From a virus (lineage: Duplodnaviria > Caudoviricetes), in IMG/VR virus record IMGVR_UViG_3300037483_000964, positions 1 to 61,392 of that record: a stretch of 61,392 nt of DNA; one strand, 5' to 3'. Under the pieces are notes generated by a model, which ran no database searches, was not told the DNA's origin, and saw nothing but the letters and a program-made list of their open reading frames with translations. Shown here piece after piece: positions 7,886 through 16,272 of this stretch (positions are counted from its first letter, which is position 1; the number at the start of each line of letters is the position of its first letter). A program made the translations under genes and the position numbers.

Positions 7886-8523
7886 TCGACGTGGCCTGCG
7901 TGCTCCGGTCCGGCGGCGCGTACGACCCGCGGTGGGTCCACCGGCTCCGCGAGGCCGTGGCCCGGTACCTGCCGATCGAGCACCGCTTCGTCTGCCTGTC
8001 GGACGTGCCGGTCGGCGGCGACATCGTCCGCTACGCGCTGCCGGCCGGCTGGCGCGGCTGGTGGGCAAAGCAGGCGCTCTACCAACCCGGGCTCTTTCCG
8101 GGCCGCGTCCTCTACCTCGACCTGGACTCGCTCATCGTCGGCGACCTCTCGGAGCTGGCCGCGTACAACGGGCTCCGCGCCGTGCTTTCGGACTTCAACC
8201 AGCCGGCCATGATCGGGACCGGGATGATGATGTGGTGGGCCGACGCGATGGAGGACGTCTTCCGCCACTTCATAGTCGACCCGGGGAAGGTGATGGCGGC
8301 GTACCCGCGGCGGAGCGACCATTTCACGACGCAGGCGATGCGCACGCCGGCCGACCGGATCCAGTCGCTCTACCCGGGCCAGGTTGTCAGCTCGAAGCGG
8401 CACTGCCGGCAGGGCCCGCCGGCGGGCGCCCGGGTCATCTGCATGCACGGCCGGCCGCGGCTCACCGACCTCGCGCCGGATCACTGGATGCGTCTTACTT
8501 GGGAAGGGAGAGTTTACGCCTGA
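7882..8523 (+). CDS. GT-A fold glycosyltransferase (GT8-like)
   Basis: FVCLSD, GWWAK, VLYLDLDSLIVGDL (DxD), C-terminal MHGRPR. Confidence 0.8.
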   Translation: MIDVACVLRSGGAYDPRWVHRLREAVARYLPIEHRFVCLSDVPVGGDIVRYALPAGWRGWWAKQALYQPGLFPGRVLYLDLDSLIVGDLSELAAYNGLRAVLSDFNQPAMIGTGMMMWWADAMEDVFRHFIVDPGKVMAAYPRRSDHFTTQAMRTPADRIQSLYPGQVVSSKRHCRQGPPAGARVICMHGRPRLTDLAPDHWMRLTWEGRVYA

Positions 8524-9065
8524 TGGCGGGATTCTGGGGGAACGCGGTCTACCGCCGGCTCAACCCGGCCGTGCCGCAGCGGATGGCGGAGATCGGCGTG
8601 TTCGACGGCCAGAACTCGGGCTGGCTGCTCGCGCGCTGCCCGCTGCTCACGCTCTACATGATCGACCAGTGGAAGGCGTACCACGACAGTAGCCAGCCGG
8701 ACACGGTGCACAACCCCGGGAAGTGGGACCGCGTGCGCCGGATGGCGCTGGCGCGGACGGACTTCGCCGGGGCCCGCCGCATCGTGCTGCACCTGACGTC
8801 GCTGGAGGCCGCCGCGCAGATCGGCGCCGGCTTGCTCGACCTCGCGTTCATCGACGCCAACCACTCGCTGCCGTTCGTGGCCCGCGACATCGCTGCGTAC
8901 TGGCCGAAGGTGAAGCCCGGCGGCTGGCTCGCGGGCCACGACTACGAGCGGAAGGAGCCGCGCATCTACGGCGTCTGGCAGGCCGTGAACGAGTTCGCGG
9001 CGGCGCAGAAGCTGTCGCTCGAGGTGGACGAGGACGCCACCTGGTTCATCCGGAGGCCGACATGA
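8523..9065 (+). CDS. Class I SAM-dependent methyltransferase (Methyltransf_24-like)
   Basis: AEIGVFDGQNS, LDLAFIDANHS, KVKPGGWLAGHDY. Confidence 0.9.
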   Translation: MAGFWGNAVYRRLNPAVPQRMAEIGVFDGQNSGWLLARCPLLTLYMIDQWKAYHDSSQPDTVHNPGKWDRVRRMALARTDFAGARRIVLHLTSLEAAAQIGAGLLDLAFIDANHSLPFVARDIAAYWPKVKPGGWLAGHDYERKEPRIYGVWQAVNEFAAAQKLSLEVDEDATWFIRRPT

Positions 9066-9250
9066 ATCCTCTTCTTTCTTTTGGTGGGTTGCTGTTATCC
9101 GTGGCCATCGTACTCGTGAGCCTTTCCGTGCGGGACTTGCGTCGGAGGCTATCGTGCATGGACGCTCGCGTCCGGAAACTCGAACCGTGTAGGTTGTGCG
9201 GGCGCACGATGTGCAATCACGGGGACCGGCACTACCCGGCCAAGCCATGA
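9062..9250 (+). CDS. Small membrane-anchored protein
   Basis: N-terminal hydrophobic helix, C-terminal CxxC; ATGA-coupled on both sides. Confidence 0.55.
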   Translation: MNPLLSFGGLLLSVAIVLVSLSVRDLRRRLSCMDARVRKLEPCRLCGRTMCNHGDRHYPAKP

Positions 9251-9930
9251 CGCTTCCCGCCATCGTCGCCGATTACGCCACCCTGATCCGGGACCGCGTC
9301 CACTACGCGCAGGCCAATTACGGTGACGGCGAGTGGGCGTGTATGCTCGGACAGAGCGGCAAGAACTGCAACGGCGAGGTCTACCACCCGTATCTCGCGA
9401 GTCAGCTCCGGGAGACGCTCTACCGGCCCGTGGGCCAGTGGTGCGGTACGAATCCCGGGAAGCGGCTCCGCGTCGAGGCGGATCACTGGATCACCACCCG
9501 GAAGGTCGATGTGGAGTGGGCCGACAAGGAGGTCCTCGTCCGGGCGAACATCGAGGGGCGGCTCGGTTCCTGGCTCGAGGCCGTGCGGACGCGCCGGGTC
9601 GTGCTTGTCGGGCCGGCGCACCTGGCGGCGCTGAAACCAGAGGTGATCGGCGCGTTGACGTTCATCGGCGTCGCCCCGAACACGGCATGGGAGAATGCCG
9701 TCTCAACCAGCCGATCGGTGCTCCGCGCTGTCGCACCCGGTGACCTCGTGCTCTTCGCGGCCGGCATGGGGAGCAACCTCATGATCCACCGCCTCTGGCC
9801 GGAGCTTCGGGGTCAGGTGACGCTTCACGACGTGGGTGCGTTGCTCGACCCCTACGTCGGCGTCTGGTCTCGGAACCCGTACCGGGACGCCGCATGGCAG
9901 CGCGACGTCCTGCCGCTGAACCTCGCATGA
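9247..9930 (+). CDS. GT-D fold (DUF1792-like) glycosyltransferase, paralog 1
   Basis: NYGDGEW, VLVGP, LFAAGMGS, DVGALLDPY; close paralog at 13027. Confidence 0.7.
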   Translation: MTLPAIVADYATLIRDRVHYAQANYGDGEWACMLGQSGKNCNGEVYHPYLASQLRETLYRPVGQWCGTNPGKRLRVEADHWITTRKVDVEWADKEVLVRANIEGRLGSWLEAVRTRRVVLVGPAHLAALKPEVIGALTFIGVAPNTAWENAVSTSRSVLRAVAPGDLVLFAAGMGSNLMIHRLWPELRGQVTLHDVGALLDPYVGVWSRNPYRDAAWQRDVLPLNLA

Positions 9931-10520
9931 AGCGCTGGTTCGATCTGCTCGTCGAGTGCCGCTACCCGGCGGACAAGACCTTCCACCTGGGCCAGCATCG
10001 CGGGACGGTCGGTTGGGACCATCCTGACGTTCGCGCCCACTTCGAGTCGAAGCACCGGATCGCGGCCGCGCTGCAACCCCGGCGCATCATCGAGATCGGC
10101 GTCCGGTGCGGCTACTCGGCGTGGGCGATGCTCTCGGCCGTGCCCCGGGCGTCCTACCTCGGCATCGACAACCGGGACCCGGCGTACGGTGACGGCGCCG
10201 CGTTCGCGGCGCACGCCGCCGGGCTGCTCGAGGGTTTCGCCGGCGCGCGGTTCTTGAACGCGAACTCGCGGGAGTTGGTCGATCTGCCGCCGCCCGTTGC
10301 GGACCTCGTCCACGTGGATGGCGACCACAGTTTTGAGGGCGCGCAGCACGACATCGAGCTCGCGCTCCGGAGCGGCGCCCGGTGGGTCCTGATCGATGAC
10401 ACCGACTATCTCGATCTCGTCCGGTCCGCTGCGACTTCCGCGGCCCGCGGCCGGCTCGCGTTCGACCTCCGGGAGCCGCTCCGGGGCGCCGTACTGATCT
10501 GGAATGGGAGTGAGGGATGA
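9927..10520 (+). CDS. Class I SAM-dependent methyltransferase (Methyltransf_24-like)
   Basis: IEIGVRCGYS, YLGID, DLVHVDGDHS, VLIDD. Confidence 0.85.
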   Translation: MKRWFDLLVECRYPADKTFHLGQHRGTVGWDHPDVRAHFESKHRIAAALQPRRIIEIGVRCGYSAWAMLSAVPRASYLGIDNRDPAYGDGAAFAAHAAGLLEGFAGARFLNANSRELVDLPPPVADLVHVDGDHSFEGAQHDIELALRSGARWVLIDDTDYLDLVRSAATSAARGRLAFDLREPLRGAVLIWNGSEG

Positions 10521-10816
10521 GCGATTCCGACGAAGCGAAGGCGGGAAAGAAGGATGACGACCGGGTGGTTGTGGGCGGGTTCATCTTTAGTATCACAGAG
10601 TTCCAGGACGAGGCGCGGGTGACGATCGAACTCAAGTTCTCCGGAGGGGATTCGATCCGGTTCGTGGAGGGGGGTTCGCTCCGGAGAGTCGAGGTTTCCG
10701 AATACCTGCGGAACCTTGCTCCCTCTGACTATATCGAGGTTACCATGCGGTGGGTGGATGACTTCGAGCTTGAAGGCCCGGACTCCTGGTTCATCGAGCC
10801 CTCGCCGAAGGGCTGA
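10517..10816 (+). CDS. Hypothetical acidic protein
   Basis: ATGA coupling; protein-like ORF. Confidence 0.55.
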   Translation: MSDSDEAKAGKKDDDRVVVGGFIFSITEFQDEARVTIELKFSGGDSIRFVEGGSLRRVEVSEYLRNLAPSDYIEVTMRWVDDFELEGPDSWFIEPSPKG

Positions 10817-10819
10817 GCC

Positions 10820-11620
10820 ATGAACGTCATCCTTCCATTCCGCGGCGAGCTCGGGATGAAGCTCTGGTGGCACGCGCCAGCCACGTTCGCGGTTGCCAGC
10901 CCGAAGGTGATCTACTGCGAGGAAGGCGAGGAGGCGCTCTATCCGGGCGCCGAACGGTGGATCCCCGTCGCCCGGAACGAGGATGGCCGCCGCCGGAATC
11001 ACTACCACCGGGACTCCGAGTTCGTCGGCGCCGTGGAGTTGGTAGCCCGGGCGCGCTTCGGCGCGAGCGCCAAGTACCTGAAGCCCGACCAGAAGTGGCC
11101 ACGCAAGCGGTTCGCCCCCGTTCCGCACGAGACAGTCGAAGTCGACTGCGACGTCGTCGTCTGCCCCCGGAAACGGAACTACGGTGCCGGCAAGAACTGG
11201 GACGAGTGGCCGGCCCTCACGGCACGGCTGACAGCCGAGGGGCTCCGGGTGTTCGCCGGCGGTGCGGCGGACTCGAGCTACGATGTGCCGTGCGAGAAAG
11301 CCTGGGACCACGAGCGGAACCTGGACGCGACGATCGCGGCCATGCACTCCGCCCGGGTCGTGGTCGCGACCGATGCCGGGCTTGCGCACCTCGCGGTCCT
11401 CTGCGGCCGGCCACTCGTCATGGTCACCTACGGCGCCGGGCTCGTAGCGCCGGGTAGCGTCGATGACGAGAACGGCCGGCCGATGGAGCCCTGCTACTGG
11501 CCGGTCAAGATGGAGCGGTACCGGGAGGAGAACCATCTCGGATCGCCGATCACGCTGGTGCATCATGGGTGGGAAGAGCCGGACCGTGTTCTACGTGAAA
11601 CGCTGGAGGCGGTGAAATGA
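10820..11620 (+). CDS. GT9 (heptosyltransferase-like, GT-B) glycosyltransferase
   Basis: GELG, KNWDEWPAL, VVATDAGLAHLAVLCGRPLV. Confidence 0.8.
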   Translation: MNVILPFRGELGMKLWWHAPATFAVASPKVIYCEEGEEALYPGAERWIPVARNEDGRRRNHYHRDSEFVGAVELVARARFGASAKYLKPDQKWPRKRFAPVPHETVEVDCDVVVCPRKRNYGAGKNWDEWPALTARLTAEGLRVFAGGAADSSYDVPCEKAWDHERNLDATIAAMHSARVVVATDAGLAHLAVLCGRPLVMVTYGAGLVAPGSVDDENGRPMEPCYWPVKMERYREENHLGSPITLVHHGWEEPDRVLRETLEAVK

Positions 11621-11886
11621 CGAACCGTACGCGGGACTGGGTGTTTGATCCGCCGAAGGATGCGGCTGAGTGGATTGAAAAGCTGGCCAATGACTTCACG
11701 CTGATGGCGGATGGTTTCATTGCGTTGGGCGGTCATCTCGGGGAGCGTGGGAAGGAGGGTGCGTGGAACGGTCACCAGGGCGCCCTTGGTGTGGCGGGAT
11801 TCCTTCGTCGGGCCGCGACGGACCTACGCGAGGGACGCTGTCCGGTCTGCGGGCCGACGAAAGAGAAAGATGAGGCGGTGAAGTGA
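11617..11886 (+). CDS. Hypothetical protein
   Basis: ATGA coupling; CPVC motif; lower GC. Confidence 0.55.
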   Translation: MTNRTRDWVFDPPKDAAEWIEKLANDFTLMADGFIALGGHLGERGKEGAWNGHQGALGVAGFLRRAATDLREGRCPVCGPTKEKDEAVK

Positions 11887-12302
11887 GCGAATCCTTCGCT
11901 GAACGTCGCAATGTCATGCGGCATGAAGCCGCGACCGCAGCCCGACGAATGATCGCGTACTTTGACGAAGTAACGCGCATTCTTGGCGAGCCCGCTTCGC
12001 CGGAGGCCGATCTCCTCTACGCCGACAGGTGCGAGGCGGCCGCCGCGGTCCTCGGGGGTGGATTCGCTGCGGGTAAAGAGCCGGATTATTGCTACGCGAC
12101 CTGGGAGATGCTGGAAGTTGCAGCGGGACTGTTTCGGGATCGGAGCGCCCGTTTTCGTTGGGCGGGATGGAATGACGTGGCGGGTGAGTACGACAGAGAC
12201 GTTTATGGACTGGAACTTCCCGCGGACCTCGACCCCGCGAGGTTTACGTCGCAAGAGCGACGCAACGGCGAATGGCATGATATCGAAAGAGTGCCACGGT
12301 GA
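11883..12302 (+). CDS. Hypothetical protein
   Basis: GTGA coupling at both ends. Confidence 0.55.
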   Translation: MSESFAERRNVMRHEAATAARRMIAYFDEVTRILGEPASPEADLLYADRCEAAAAVLGGGFAAGKEPDYCYATWEMLEVAAGLFRDRSARFRWAGWNDVAGEYDRDVYGLELPADLDPARFTSQERRNGEWHDIERVPR

Positions 12303-13018
12303 TAACGTTCGCCTTCTACTCGTCCGGCACGCCCTACGAGGCGGAAGCGCAGCTCTTCCGCGCCTCGCTGGACCGGGTTGGTGCCCGGCACGTGATCCGG
12401 CCGTTTCCGTCGAAGGGCGACTGGTACGCCAACACGGCGCACAAGGCGACGCTGATCCGGGACTTCCGGAACGAGGTCTCAGGTGCCTTCCTCTACTGCG
12501 ACGTCGACGCGTTCGTCCACCAGAACTACGACGCCTACTTCGACGAGCTGGCGAAGCGGGGCGCTGACTTCGGCGCGCACTGGTTCGCCGGGCCTGCCAA
12601 GGGCCACAACCGGGCGGACGTCTGCGCGTGCCTTGCCGGCAAGCCCTGCAACCGGCCGCACCGTCTGCTCTCCGGAACGCTCTTCTTCGGGGACACGCCC
12701 GGCGCGCGGACCCTGCTCGACAACTGGGTGGCGATCAACGACGTCTTCCGGTCCCGGGGCCTCGTTGCCGGCGGCGGCCAGAAGAATCTCTGGTACCTGC
12801 TGACCTGCATGGAGGACCAGCTCAAGATCGCACGGTTGCCCGGCCGCTACTGCTATGTCTTCGACAAGCCCTGGGGCTACCCGGCGGATGAACCTCGCAT
12901 CATCGAGCACACTATCGCCTCCCGGGACAACCGCGCGGCCCGGCGGAATACGACCGCCCGGCGGTCCCGCATTCTGCAACTGTACGGCGTCGTGTCGCCG
13001 CGGCGCCGGAAAAGGTAG
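12299..13018 (+). CDS. Nucleotide-diphospho-sugar transferase (GT-A)
   Basis: WYANTAHKATLI, FLYCDVDAFVH (DxD), LSGTLFF, IIEHTIASR. Confidence 0.75.
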   Translation: MITFAFYSSGTPYEAEAQLFRASLDRVGARHVIRPFPSKGDWYANTAHKATLIRDFRNEVSGAFLYCDVDAFVHQNYDAYFDELAKRGADFGAHWFAGPAKGHNRADVCACLAGKPCNRPHRLLSGTLFFGDTPGARTLLDNWVAINDVFRSRGLVAGGGQKNLWYLLTCMEDQLKIARLPGRYCYVFDKPWGYPADEPRIIEHTIASRDNRAARRNTTARRSRILQLYGVVSPRRRKR

Positions 13019-13026
13019 GGATCCCC

Positions 13027-13740
13027 ATGGTGCAATTCGCGGAAGCGCCTGTCGAGATGTACGCGGACCTGATCCGGCGGGGTGTGCCCTTCGCCCAGGC
13101 GAATTACGGGGATGGCGAGTGGTCCTGCATTCTCGGGCGGGCCGGAAAGAACGTGAACGGTGAGGTCTACAACCCGGAACTCGCCGCCGCCCTGACCGAA
13201 ACGCTGGTCGATCACGGCGGCATGTGGTGCGGCACGAACCCGGGCCGGAAGCTTGAAGCCGAGGTGGACGCCTGGATCGAACGGAAGAAGGTCGCGCCCC
13301 GGTGGGTCTGGAAGGAGACGCTGTCGGGGGCGAACGTCGATGGTAAGCTCGCGCCGGTCTTTCAGGCGCTCCGGCACCGGCATGTCATCCTCGTCGGGCC
13401 GGAGCATCTGCGGGCCTTGCCGGCTGCCGTGGTGGAGGTCGCGGCCTTCATCCCGGTCCCGGATTCCACGGCGTGGCGGACAGCGGACCAGGTTGTGCGC
13501 CGGCTCTGGTGGCTGGGATCTGAAATCGGCGGCATCCTTGTCGTTCTTTTCGCCGCGGGCATGGGCTCGAACCTGATGATCCACCGGCTCTGGAAGACCC
13601 ACAGCGATCGGGTGATTCTGCTGGACGTCGGCGCGATTCTGGATCCCTACGTCGGCGTCTGGAGCCGGAAAGGGTACCGGAAGCGGACGTTTCACGAGCA
13701 CTCGATGTGGGCGAACGTGCAGCCGGAGCCCGGCACATGA
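13027..13740 (+). CDS. GT-D fold (DUF1792-like) glycosyltransferase, paralog 2
   Basis: AQANYGDGEW, FAAGMGSNLMIHRLW and DVGAILDPYVGVWSR shared with the 9247 ORF. Confidence 0.7.
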   Translation: MVQFAEAPVEMYADLIRRGVPFAQANYGDGEWSCILGRAGKNVNGEVYNPELAAALTETLVDHGGMWCGTNPGRKLEAEVDAWIERKKVAPRWVWKETLSGANVDGKLAPVFQALRHRHVILVGPEHLRALPAAVVEVAAFIPVPDSTAWRTADQVVRRLWWLGSEIGGILVVLFAAGMGSNLMIHRLWKTHSDRVILLDVGAILDPYVGVWSRKGYRKRTFHEHSMWANVQPEPGT

Positions 13741-13943
13741 GGAAAGGTTGTGGCGGCTGCGGCAAGCACCGGCGCCCCGAGGAGGATGCCGTCATCATCG
13801 CGAACGCGTCGGCCGAGATCCTGACGACGCACGCAAACCGGCGACGGGACGGCGCGAACAGGCGTCTCCAGCCGGGGCGGAAGCATGTTCCGCGGTTGGC
13901 CGTCCGCAAGCATCCGCGCATTGCGAAGGGAGAATCCACATGA
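13737..13943 (+). CDS. Small basic hypothetical protein
   Basis: ATGA coupling; CGGC motif. Confidence 0.4.
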   Translation: MRKGCGGCGKHRRPEEDAVIIANASAEILTTHANRRRDGANRRLQPGRKHVPRLAVRKHPRIAKGEST

Positions 13944-14069
13944 CGAGGCGCCGACCAATGAACTGGAAGAGGTCGAGGAACAGTTTCGCAGGGCATTGCT
14001 TTCGCGGATCTGGGAATTGATCGAGGAGCGCCTCGACTTGCACGAACTCATCGAGGAAGTACCGAAGGA

Positions 14070-14600
14070 ATGAACGCCCTGATCCTGGCCTCCGCCGACT
14101 GCCTGCGGGCCGACCTCCGGGACTTCGCGGAGCTCCTTGCCGGCCGGCCGTGGCCCCAGACCGTGATTGCGGTGGGTGCCGCCGGGCTCGTTTACAGGGG
14201 CCCTATCGACCACTGGGTGATGCTCCATGCGGAGAACTTCCCCGTTTGGATCGGTCGGCGCTCGGCAATCCAGATCCGTCCCGGTTACGTGACGTGGACA
14301 CGGGAAGGGCAGCCGTTCGCGGCGAACGCGGACCGGCTGGCGGAGCACTGGAAGGGTTCGTCCGGCCTGCTTGCCGTCTCTGTTGCATTCACGCTCGGCG
14401 CCACGCGGATCGTGCTCTGTGGCCTGCCGCTCGATGCGCGGCCGCATCTCGGCAGCAAGGATGCATGGCACGCTTCCGCTAACTTCCGGGCAGACTGGCT
14501 GATCCGGCGGGCGCTCTTGTCGCCCCGGGTCCGTTCGATGAACGGCTGGACGGAGGAAACCTTCGGGCGGCCGACGGAGGAATGGTTGGGACTGACGTGA
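14070..14600 (+). CDS. DUF115/MptE-like protein, paralog 2
   Basis: DHWVMLHAE, GSSGLLAVSVAFTLGATRIVLCGLP, RVRSMNGWT. Confidence 0.65.
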   Translation: MNALILASADCLRADLRDFAELLAGRPWPQTVIAVGAAGLVYRGPIDHWVMLHAENFPVWIGRRSAIQIRPGYVTWTREGQPFAANADRLAEHWKGSSGLLAVSVAFTLGATRIVLCGLPLDARPHLGSKDAWHASANFRADWLIRRALLSPRVRSMNGWTEETFGRPTEEWLGLT

Positions 14601-15226
14601 TCGCCCTGATCCTCGGCGGAGCCGAATGCCTCTGGGACGACCTGCATGCGTTCCTCGTCGCGTGTCACGCGCCGGCCGGGCTGATCCTGCGGGGGGCCAC
14701 TCTCATCGCCACGAACCTGGCCGGCGTGCACTACCCCGAGGAGGTGCCGCACTGGGTGACGCGGCACCCGGAGAACTGGGTCGGCCTGCCGCAGGGCGAG
14801 CCCGGGTGGCTAGCGCAGCGGGCGGCGAAGTTTCCGGGTTGGCGTCCGTCGGTGCGCTGGTCGAACGTCTATCTCGCCGGGATCGTCGACCGCGTCGTCA
14901 AGCCGTGGGGCGGCTCGTCCGGCCTGCTCGCCGTTACGGTGGCGATCGCGCATCTGAACGCGGACCGCGTCGTGCTCTGCGGGATGCCGATGGACAAGCG
15001 GGGACACTTCGACCGCCAGGACGAGTGGAAGTCGGCCACGACGTTTCAGGGCGAGTGGAAGAAAGCGCTACCCCGGATGGGCGACCGTGTGCGGTCGCTT
15101 TCCGGCTGGACCCGGTCGGTGCACGGGGCGCCGACCGAAGCGTGGGTTTTCGGAGCGGGAGGGAAAGACCATGAGCACATGCAAGGCGCAACGCGTCGGT
15201 GGCCGGATCCGGTGCGTCCGGGATGA
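14597..15226 (+). CDS. DUF115/MptE-like protein, paralog 3
   Basis: ALILGGA, HWVTRHPE, GSSGLLAVTVA, VVLCGMP, RVRSLSGWT. Confidence 0.65.
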   Translation: MIALILGGAECLWDDLHAFLVACHAPAGLILRGATLIATNLAGVHYPEEVPHWVTRHPENWVGLPQGEPGWLAQRAAKFPGWRPSVRWSNVYLAGIVDRVVKPWGGSSGLLAVTVAIAHLNADRVVLCGMPMDKRGHFDRQDEWKSATTFQGEWKKALPRMGDRVRSLSGWTRSVHGAPTEAWVFGAGGKDHEHMQGATRRWPDPVRPG

Positions 15227-15485
15227 TGGTCACTACCCGGAGACGCCGCACCGGGACAGGAACGGCCGCCAGTGGCTCGAGCGGCCGAAGCGCTTCCAGC
15301 CGCGGCCGGCGCCGCCGCCCGACCTGGAATCCGTCATCCCGATCGCGTCCGTGCCGACGGATGCCGATCTGTTCATCCCCGATCCGTTCGCGGCGGCTCC
15401 GGTCATCGATGCCGCGCCGCGCCGCAGGCGGCGGACGAAAGCCGCGCCCGTGCCGGAGCCCGGCGAAAGCGGTGGGTCGGAATGA
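15171..15485 (+). CDS. Hypothetical protein
   Basis: RBS GGAGGG before ATG 15171. Confidence 0.5.
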   Translation: MSTCKAQRVGGRIRCVRDDGHYPETPHRDRNGRQWLERPKRFQPRPAPPPDLESVIPIASVPTDADLFIPDPFAAAPVIDAAPRRRRRTKAAPVPEPGESGGSE

Positions 15486-15745
15486 GCGTGGAGCGTCCGG
15501 ACCCTGATGAATTGCTCCGCCGATTCGAGGAGCGGCAGGCATCCCGCAGGACGCGCGAACCGGAGCGGTTGCCCGAACCCGCGAAGCCGCTTGGCGTCGA
15601 TATCGCCCCGATCGGCGTGAAGGTGAGGCTCCGCTTCGATCGTGCGGTCAACGACGTCCAGATAACGCCGAACGGGGCCCGGCTCTGGGCGCAGAAGCTC
15701 CTCGAGGCCGCGGCGGCCGTGGAACGGGGGTTGAAGTCTGCGTGA
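15482..15745 (+). CDS. Hypothetical protein
   Basis: Coupled to the terminase small subunit gene. Confidence 0.55.
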   Translation: MSVERPDPDELLRRFEERQASRRTREPERLPEPAKPLGVDIAPIGVKVRLRFDRAVNDVQITPNGARLWAQKLLEAAAAVERGLKSA

Positions 15746-16272
15746 AGGGCGCGACCCGGCCCGATCTGGGCAATGCGAGCGTCCAGGAGCTGGCGCGGCT
15801 CTTCAAGCTGACGCCTCGCCGGATCGCCCAGTACGCGAACGAGGGGATGCCCCGGTCGGCGCATGGCCGCTATCCGCTGGAGGCGTGCGTGCAGTGGTAT
15901 ATCGCCCGCCTCGAGCAGCAGGTCGTCGAAAGGCCGGCAGGGCCGTCGTTGAAAGACTACGATCAGGCCCGGACCCGGCGGGCCAACGCGCAGGCGCAGC
16001 AGGCGGAGCTGCAAACCTCAATCCTCGAGGGCTCATTGATGCCCGTGAGCCTGCACGCGGAACGGTTGAGCCGGCTGGTCGACAGCTGGGCCGGTGTGGT
16101 GAAGAGCATCGTCGGCCGCTGGCCGTCCGCCTTCCCCGAAGTCGCGGCGCGCGATGCGCAGCTCCGCTTCCGCCGGCTGGTCAACAAGTTGCTCGCCGAA
16201 CTCGAGGCGGGCCACGTGAACGGAGCGAATGGCAGTCCTGAGTCTCGAGGCCGCAGAACAGCACGCCGCTGA
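15742..16272 (+). CDS. Terminase small subunit (lambda Nu1-like)
   Basis: N-terminal wHTH (ELARLFKLTPRRIAQY...YPLEACVQWY) plus coiled coil; directly upstream of the large subunit. Confidence 0.85.
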   Translation: MKGATRPDLGNASVQELARLFKLTPRRIAQYANEGMPRSAHGRYPLEACVQWYIARLEQQVVERPAGPSLKDYDQARTRRANAQAQQAELQTSILEGSLMPVSLHAERLSRLVDSWAGVVKSIVGRWPSAFPEVAARDAQLRFRRLVNKLLAELEAGHVNGANGSPESRGRRTARR

